Below are positions 57,661 through 64,000 of a DNA stretch of 64,000 nucleotides, piece after piece. The first letter of the stretch is position 1, and each line of letters starts with the position of its first letter. The stretch is from assembly GCA_002811645.1 (NCBI GenBank), contig PDIP01000105.1, positions 1 to 64,000 on the forward strand. Reading direction: 5' to 3'. Source of the stretch: Corallochytrium limacisporum Hawaii (Eukaryota; Protista; Pluriformea). The notes under the pieces were generated by a model, which worked only from the letters and a program-made list of their open reading frames with translations, did no database searches and was not told the origin of the DNA. A program made the position numbers and the translations under genes.

Positions 57661-60600
57661 CTGCTGCTCCAGCGGTGGGAGGCCAAAAGCTGGCGTGTTC
57701 AAGTGACCATGCGCCGCTTGACTTTTTTCTGTGCGATACACCCACCTTTTAGGGCTATCTGTTTCATATACGCCTATTCGCACTCTTCTCCCACACCTCC
57801 CCCTTCCCTTCTTCTTTTTATTCTTCTTCTTCTTCTTCTCTCTCTCTCGCTCTTATTTTGGGTCTCTCGTGTCTCTCGCTCGCTATGGTGGTACTCAAAC
57901 GGGAAACCTTCAGCCGTTTATCCCGGTCGCGAGAGAGAGAGTGCTATGTGTGTGTGTGTATGAACGGGGAACTAATCGTTGGCCAGCAGAAGATATATTA
58001 TGACTCTGGCGCCAGCAGACACCGACCGGGACAAGTATAAAACAAGAGGAATTCCTTGATGGACGTCGATGAGAGTATGTCCGCAACCATGAGACTCGCC
58101 GCGCACCCTCCCACCATTTTCAAGAAAGGGGAAGAAGATCGTGTCCAGGGTTTCTGAAATTAAAGAAAAATGAAACGATTAGAAAACCACCGCGGCAAAT
58201 GTACATTCATTAAGTATCGATTTGACCGATTGTGTAGGTTGGATCCGAGTTGTTCGTGACAAGAAAGCAGAGAGTCGGAGGCGGGATCCAGGCCCTTTCA
58301 TCTCCCGGGACCAACGTACATGTCCGTAGGGGAGTGGTTGCTGATACACCCCCGCAAACCAGCCTGTGTCTTCCCGAAAAAATTCTCATATTTTTACGCA
58401 TTTTGAATACGCAATACCATCTCAAAACGTGGCGCGGTGACGCAGGCCAAATATCAGAAGCGTACACAAGTCCATGCCACCGCATCGGAACATCTTGATG
58501 TATGTGCCACTGGTTTCATCTAGGGTCAAGTCTGGATGCCAATCTGGCATCAGGATGTGATGGATGCCATGCATAATATCCGACTTGGGACGTTGATGTC
58601 CTCCATCTACATGGCAAGCACACGGACACACACACACACACATAGAGAGAGAGATTGTGTGTATGTATGTGTGTGCAGTTTCCCTTCGACTCCAACGCCC
58701 TTTCCTCGACTTTTCTCGCGCCCAAGTTTTTCCTTCTTTCCCGTTGGATCGGTGAATGTACACAAGGTACGTGTGAAGGCTCCAGTGACCAAAAGGAGGA
58801 CCTTGTTGACAGGGGGCAAAATCAGTCGCCCGGGCAATGGAAGGGATCAGAAGTTGGTGTCGGAAGCAGATGATGCCGTTTCGAACACCCTTTCTTAATA
58901 AACTTATGCCATGGATACTTGGCCAGGCTACGGGTGATGGGAACCATCGTTTGCTTTTTGCGGCAGCGCGTATTGACCTGCGTTTGGAGAATTGACGCTC
59001 TGGTGTCTGTGTTTTAAGGTCTTGCGTTTGGTTTATTTGGTCAACTACAGCCAGACGCGTGTGGTCCGTGTCTGTCTGTCATTTTTTTTTCATTTTGTTG
59101 TCACAATTTAATCTCTGGACATCAGAATTGGTTTGCAATTGGTCAAACGGAGCACCGCCACAAAATCACGCCGCACGTCCCGGACAGTGTGGGCAATGGC
59201 TCTTTATGTGTGTTGCGTAGGGTCGTCGACTTAAACACAGACAGAGAGGGAGGCACCAAGATTGGAGGGGCGCCTGTGTAACACTTTCAGTACTGCATCG
59301 ACGTCCAGCAAAAGTCCACCTCGACTGGGGAAGGCGGGGGACCGCCGCTGTGTCCCCAGGCAAGAAAATAAACAGGGGGATCCCCGTACCCCCCCCATCT
59401 TTGCACACCTTTAAACCTCGCCCTGCGAAACTGTGCATCTATTGTCCATAGATTTTGTATTCCGAAATGATGGAACCATCTAATCCCCTGTGGGCCCAAA
59501 GTAGACAGTTTTTCTTCCGAGAGCGACGTATTGCGAAGAGTGCGGTATGGCTCTCTGCTGCCGCATGAAGGAGAGGCATGGTACACATGTGTGCGGCATG
59601 TTTGCTTCCCCTGTGCGCAGAGGTGAGATGTATGAATTCAGGATGCTTTCCAAAGCACTTATTCAATTCGTTCTCAGCTTTCAGAGGTCTTCACTTGCGG
59701 CAACTGCGATTTCTCATGGACCGTGTTGGGTTATGTGCGGTGTCCTTCGTCTTGTCTTGAAACTTTGTGCCAGAAAAAGCCCACGAACGTCGTCAGCGGC
59801 ACCCGTCACACACACTCTCTTAGATCACTTCCCCATTTGTCAAATTCCCCGCCGTACACTTGCTCCCATTCTCAAGAACCATGTGTACCTTCAGTATGCA
59901 AAGGCCCATGACCTAGGCCCTCGTCATTTGGAGGAGATTTTGGCGTCCAGGCGTGGGTTTGTTTTGGTGAGTGTACCGTAAGACGTGAACTGAAGAATCT
60001 AAACACACATGGCATTTTCAGGCCGCCACCGCTGATATACACACATATCCCGTACCCGTCCTTTTTGTTACCCCCTCGCTTGAGGACGTCTCATTCCATA
60101 TTAAGAGAAGGCGGTTACTAGCTAGACACCAGCGTGTATTGCACAATACGTGATGTGGCATGAAAAACAAAGCGCAAAGACTGCGTAGAATGCGCGTCAG
60201 GGCGGCACATGGGGCTTCGTACCCACACTCTCTCACTCTTTTTGTCTCGCTCTCTCTCTTCTCTCTCTCTCTCTATACACCCCTACCGGGCGAAAGAAAA
60301 GGGGGGGACGGGGGGAGCGCTCGGCCAAAATTTTCTCCCTCATTTTTTTCTGATGGATTCTTCACCCGAATGGTACTATATGTACTGTACAATCCACACA
60401 CATGGATTGGGACGTCCCAATTTTCCCCTAAGAAGGGGGTACGGCGTGATAGATGAGAAAAAGTTGGGATGGATGGGTCTCGGGACCTTGTACACCCGTC
60501 AGAGTCCAAGCGAGCCCAACCCTCTCTGGGTGCGTATTGTATAGTACCAGAATGGCCTGCGCCGCTGTTGTCTTCCAACGTTTGTTGACATGAAGAAATT

Positions 60601-62982
60601 TCTCCCCGTGTGTTTTGCGCATCTCTTAGTTTCTCTTCTTTTGTTTTCCTCGCTTGGTCTTCAGATACGAAAATTTGAGAAAAATTCTTCACATAAACTG
60701 CGCACTGGGTATTCAGATCCAATCCACGTCGTCCGTTTGAGAAGCATCTACGGACATCAACACAGCGGGGGTGAGAAAATTTTCCCGCGAAATGGAATTT
60801 CAACAGACGAAAGACAGAATTCGGTCGAGCTGCAGCATACCTTCAGTACATTAGCTACTGAGGAGAGCAGAGTAGAAGAGCAAGCGAAATATTGCGCAAA
60901 ATACGGAAGGCGGTGTGATACCGTGGGCTTTGCTTATCTCCATGCACTGGCCTAATAATAATTCTTTGCCATCTCCTTTTATTCTCTCCTTCCCCTCGGT
61001 CTCTCGCTCCCGTGCTCTTAAACCCTCGCTCCCGTGCTCTCTTGACTAATCTCTCTTTCTCTCTCTGTGTCATCTCGAAAGGTGTATATATTTTCCCGGC
61101 TCTCGGCACCGTAGCCATGAAGTGAGGGAGACAGCCGGAAAAAAAAACAAAAAAAAGGGGGGAGGCACCCATAAAGCACAGCAAACAACAATTTCTTCAA
61201 GTGCCCGGTGTGTTATTGTACAACACTTCGGGAGACATGGAGGCATGCAGGCAGGGAGACAAGAGTTACCCCGTGTCTCTTCTCTGAACGGCCCTAATCT
61301 TTTTCCCCTCGTCCTCCCCTTCTCCCCCCCGGGGACCAACTTCTCAGCCAAACAGCAAACACCAAAGAGAGCCTTCCGTTCTTCCTTTCTATAAGTTTTG
61401 TTTTGAAAAATTTATCTTGGGATGGCTTTTTTCTCAGTTGTTGTCATATGCCACGGTAACCGGCCATTCGTACCCTTTTTTTTTCAGAGCACGGGAGGGC
61501 TGGACAAGGCACGTCGGAACTCTGATCGGTCTCGCTTCTCAATTCGCTCATCTCCTGAAGAATAGTCAGACCTTGAAATAGTCAATAAAAATCAAGGCCA
61601 AATACTATATTGAAAATAGATTCCAATACAAACACAACATGGGAGCGAGGGATGCCACTAGATCAAGAACGGGGCACAGGGGGGGGGGGAAGGTTGCAAT
61701 CCGCTTCCCAACGCGCAGCACGCTGTGCAACGGTACGGGAGAGGAGACACCTTACAATGTTCTGCACTAAAAGGAGGAACATTCATATTAAATATATGGC
61801 CAAAGTACCCAACGTACATGTTCCGACTTTTTCTCATCCGTGAGTGTTTGCTATGAGACCGGTGCTCGCAGACCAAGAGACCCGACGGTATTGCTATTAG
61901 CCCTTCCCTTTTTCTTTTCTTTCTTTTTCGTCTGTGTTAGGACTACGGGCCCGCCCTGTACTCAGTGTATGCCTCGGGGAGAATAGGGGGGAGGNNNNNN
62001 NNNNNNNNNNNNNNNNNNNNNNNNNNNNNNNNNNNNNNNNNNNNNNNNNNNNNNNNNNNNNNNNNNNNNNNNNNNNNNNNNNNNNNNNNNNNNNNNNNNN
62101 NNNNNNNNNNNNNNNNNNNNNNNNNNNNNNNNNNNNNNNNNNNNNNNNNNNNNNNNNNNNNNNNNNNNNNNNNNNNNNNNNNNNNNNNNNNNNNNNNNNN
62201 NNNNNNNNNNNNNNNNNNNNNNNNNNNNNNNNNNNNNNNNNNNNNNNNNNNNNNNNNNNNNNNNNNNNNNNNNNNNNNNNNNNNNNNNNNNNNNNNNNNN
62301 NNGGGGGGAACAAAGGAAAAAAATGGACGGTGATGCGGAATGAATGGTATCGTCTGGGTTCGGGATGAAATGGCGGGATTTGATTTATATACTTAATGTA
62401 TAGCACACGGGAGGCCCCAGTCGCAGATGTGTCGTAACTTTGTGCTCACTTGCGGGCGTGCTGACAAAACGGGGCAGAGGGAGAGATGTGGGTGTCGCGG
62501 CCGGGGAGAAGAGTTCGGGAAGGGAGGGCCTACCCAAGTCACACACACACACACACACAGAAGGGGAGCCCCCCGGGGGAGGGGGGGGAAGATGGAGACC
62601 CGGCAGCGATTGAAAAGGGGGGGGGAAGGGGGGACGAAGGAGAGCGTGAACCGGAGCTTATGGTGTCCTACCCACCCCACACACAGCACACACGGGAGAG
62701 GCCCATGGAGGATGCCTTGTTTGGGATGTGGCTCATTCATTGGCGGAGTGTGAACCCAGAGGGACAACACTAGTTTTTTTGCAAACCATCCTTCTATCCT
62801 TCATCCTTCAGCACGCCGGCTGTGTCGCAGCATCTGCGGACCGGGTATTTAAGTAATCGCGATCGGCTCACTGTCAGAGGGTGAGTGGATCATTCCTCAA
62901 CCCAATTACCAAGTCAACTGTTCATTGACTGTTCATTCAACTCTTAAAGAAACAAATTCAAGGTACAATACAAACAACAACA

Positions 62983-64000
62983 ATGGCTAAGGGACGTGGA
63001 CTTAAGATTTGCGGTGGTGTCACCATCGGTCTTGGCCTTGCGGCCACCATCATTGGTGCCATTTTCCCCCTGATCATCAGCAGCGCGACCGAGACAGGCA
63101 TCAACGACACCCTCGTTGTCGACTCTGCGGACCACGACGACTACGATGATTTCCTGACCAACAACAGCGATGATCCCTCCAGCATTGCGTACTACGCCAT
63201 CTCCGTTTACAACATTACCAACGCCGACGCCCTGGCCGCTGGTACCGCTACTCAGATTGAATCTACCGAGACTGGTGTCTACTGGTTCCGTTACTACTCC
63301 ACCAAGTACAATGTCAGTTTCCCTCAGGACGGCAATGAGGTGCATTACAATGAGTACACCACATTTCAGTTCGACGCTGCCAGGACCGCTTCCGAGAACC
63401 CTGGACTAGAGCTGTCCCAGGATGACATTGTCACCGTGCCTTCTCTGGCATATCTGGGAGCCATGGGCTCTCTCCAATCTGAAGCCAACGCCCGGATTGC
63501 ACTGGGTGCTGGTGTCCTCGCTTCTCAGCTGGAAGCTGCCTCCAGCGTCCTCACTGCTGCCGGTGCCGATATCAGCCCTGCTGGTGTGTTTGTGGCCGAG
63601 GGTCCCCCCGTTCTGACCGCTGATTCTGGTAACCCTGACCACGATCAGTCATACTACACCCAGGTCGATGAATTGGCTGCTCTGGTGCCATTCCAAAACA
63701 CTTACGTCAACATCTTCGACTACTCCCGCGACAGCGGCTCCAATACCTACTCCACTATGACTGAGGACCAGGCCAACTACCTGCTCTTCAATGAAGCCGT
63801 TGGTATCACCTTGACCGGCGCTTCTGGTGTTCCTAACTCTCTGTTCTTTGCGAGTCTGGCTTTGTCATGCGTGAGTGGTGACTGCACCAACTTTGCTGCC
63901 TACGCTCCTGCCTTCGCTCAAACTGACGGTCAGATCAATGCCCAGGGTAGGGGCCAGGCCGCAGCCGTTTTGCTTTTCCTTTCCGAGGGTATTGGTGGCG
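62983..64000 (+). CDS. CD36/LIMP-2 (scavenger receptor class B) family membrane protein, 5' part; runs off the window and is absent from the ORF track
   Basis: Open frame from acaATG: MAKGRGLKICGG, TM helix, then SVYNITNADALAAG...ETGVYWFRYYSTKYNVSFPQDGNEVHYNEYTTFQFD...DDIVTVP, matching the CD36 pattern FNVTNP..G..E.GPY.YR...K.N..F...V.Y....F.F. Confidence 0.82.
   Translation, partial: MAKGRGLKICGGVTIGLGLAATIIGAIFPLIISSATETGINDTLVVDSADHDDYDDFLTNNSDDPSSIAYYAISVYNITNADALAAGTATQIESTETGVYWFRYYSTKYNVSFPQDGNEVHYNEYTTFQFDAARTASENPGLELSQDDIVTVPSLAYLGAMGSLQSEANARIALGAGVLASQLEAASSVLTAAGADISPAGVFVAEGPPVLTADSGNPDHDQSYYTQVDELAALVPFQNTYVNIFDYSRDSGSNTYSTMTEDQANYLLFNEAVGITLTGASGVPNSLFFASLALSCVSGDCTNFAAYAPAFAQTDGQINAQGRGQAAAVLLFLSEGIGG

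Noticed and set aside
60590-60955. 121-aa ORF with a signal-peptide-like start
   Set aside because: The hydrophobic start derives from a T-rich tract; no codon bias or motif like the real genes.
1-64000. tRNA, rRNA or snRNA genes and intact transposons
   Set aside because: No convincing signatures seen by eye; tRNAscan-SE and Infernal would be needed to exclude them.

Overview
Eukaryotic chromosome end. The window opens with telomeric (CCCTAA)n repeats and holds compact, almost intron-free genes separated by long microsatellite- and poly-C/G-rich spacers, with five assembly gaps. This fits an intron-poor unicellular eukaryote, possibly a holozoan, but the species cannot be established from the sequence alone. 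Four zones are visible. (1) 0-15 kb: a subtelomeric block of secreted and surface genes, comprising a prepro-knottin toxin-like peptide, an unannotated disrupted aerolysin/ETX-MTX2-like pore-forming domain, a GH18 chitinase, two orphan proteins and a convergent pair of six-Cys single-pass membrane proteins; most share a GGTAYTTWW...GATC upstream motif. (2) 16-44 kb: lipid/xenobiotic catabolic genes (MCT-type MFS transporter, PTS1-tagged amidohydrolase, FAAH-like amidase, two Baeyer-Villiger monooxygenases from a two-gene duplication with partial gene conversion, an SDR and a TMEM53-like hydrolase). (3) A BET double-bromodomain gene whose BRD4-like C-terminal tail lies on a second exon missed by the ORF track. 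(4) A ~15-kb gene-poor region followed by a CD36/LIMP-2 family gene that runs off the window. All family assignments come from motif recognition by eye; no searches were run.
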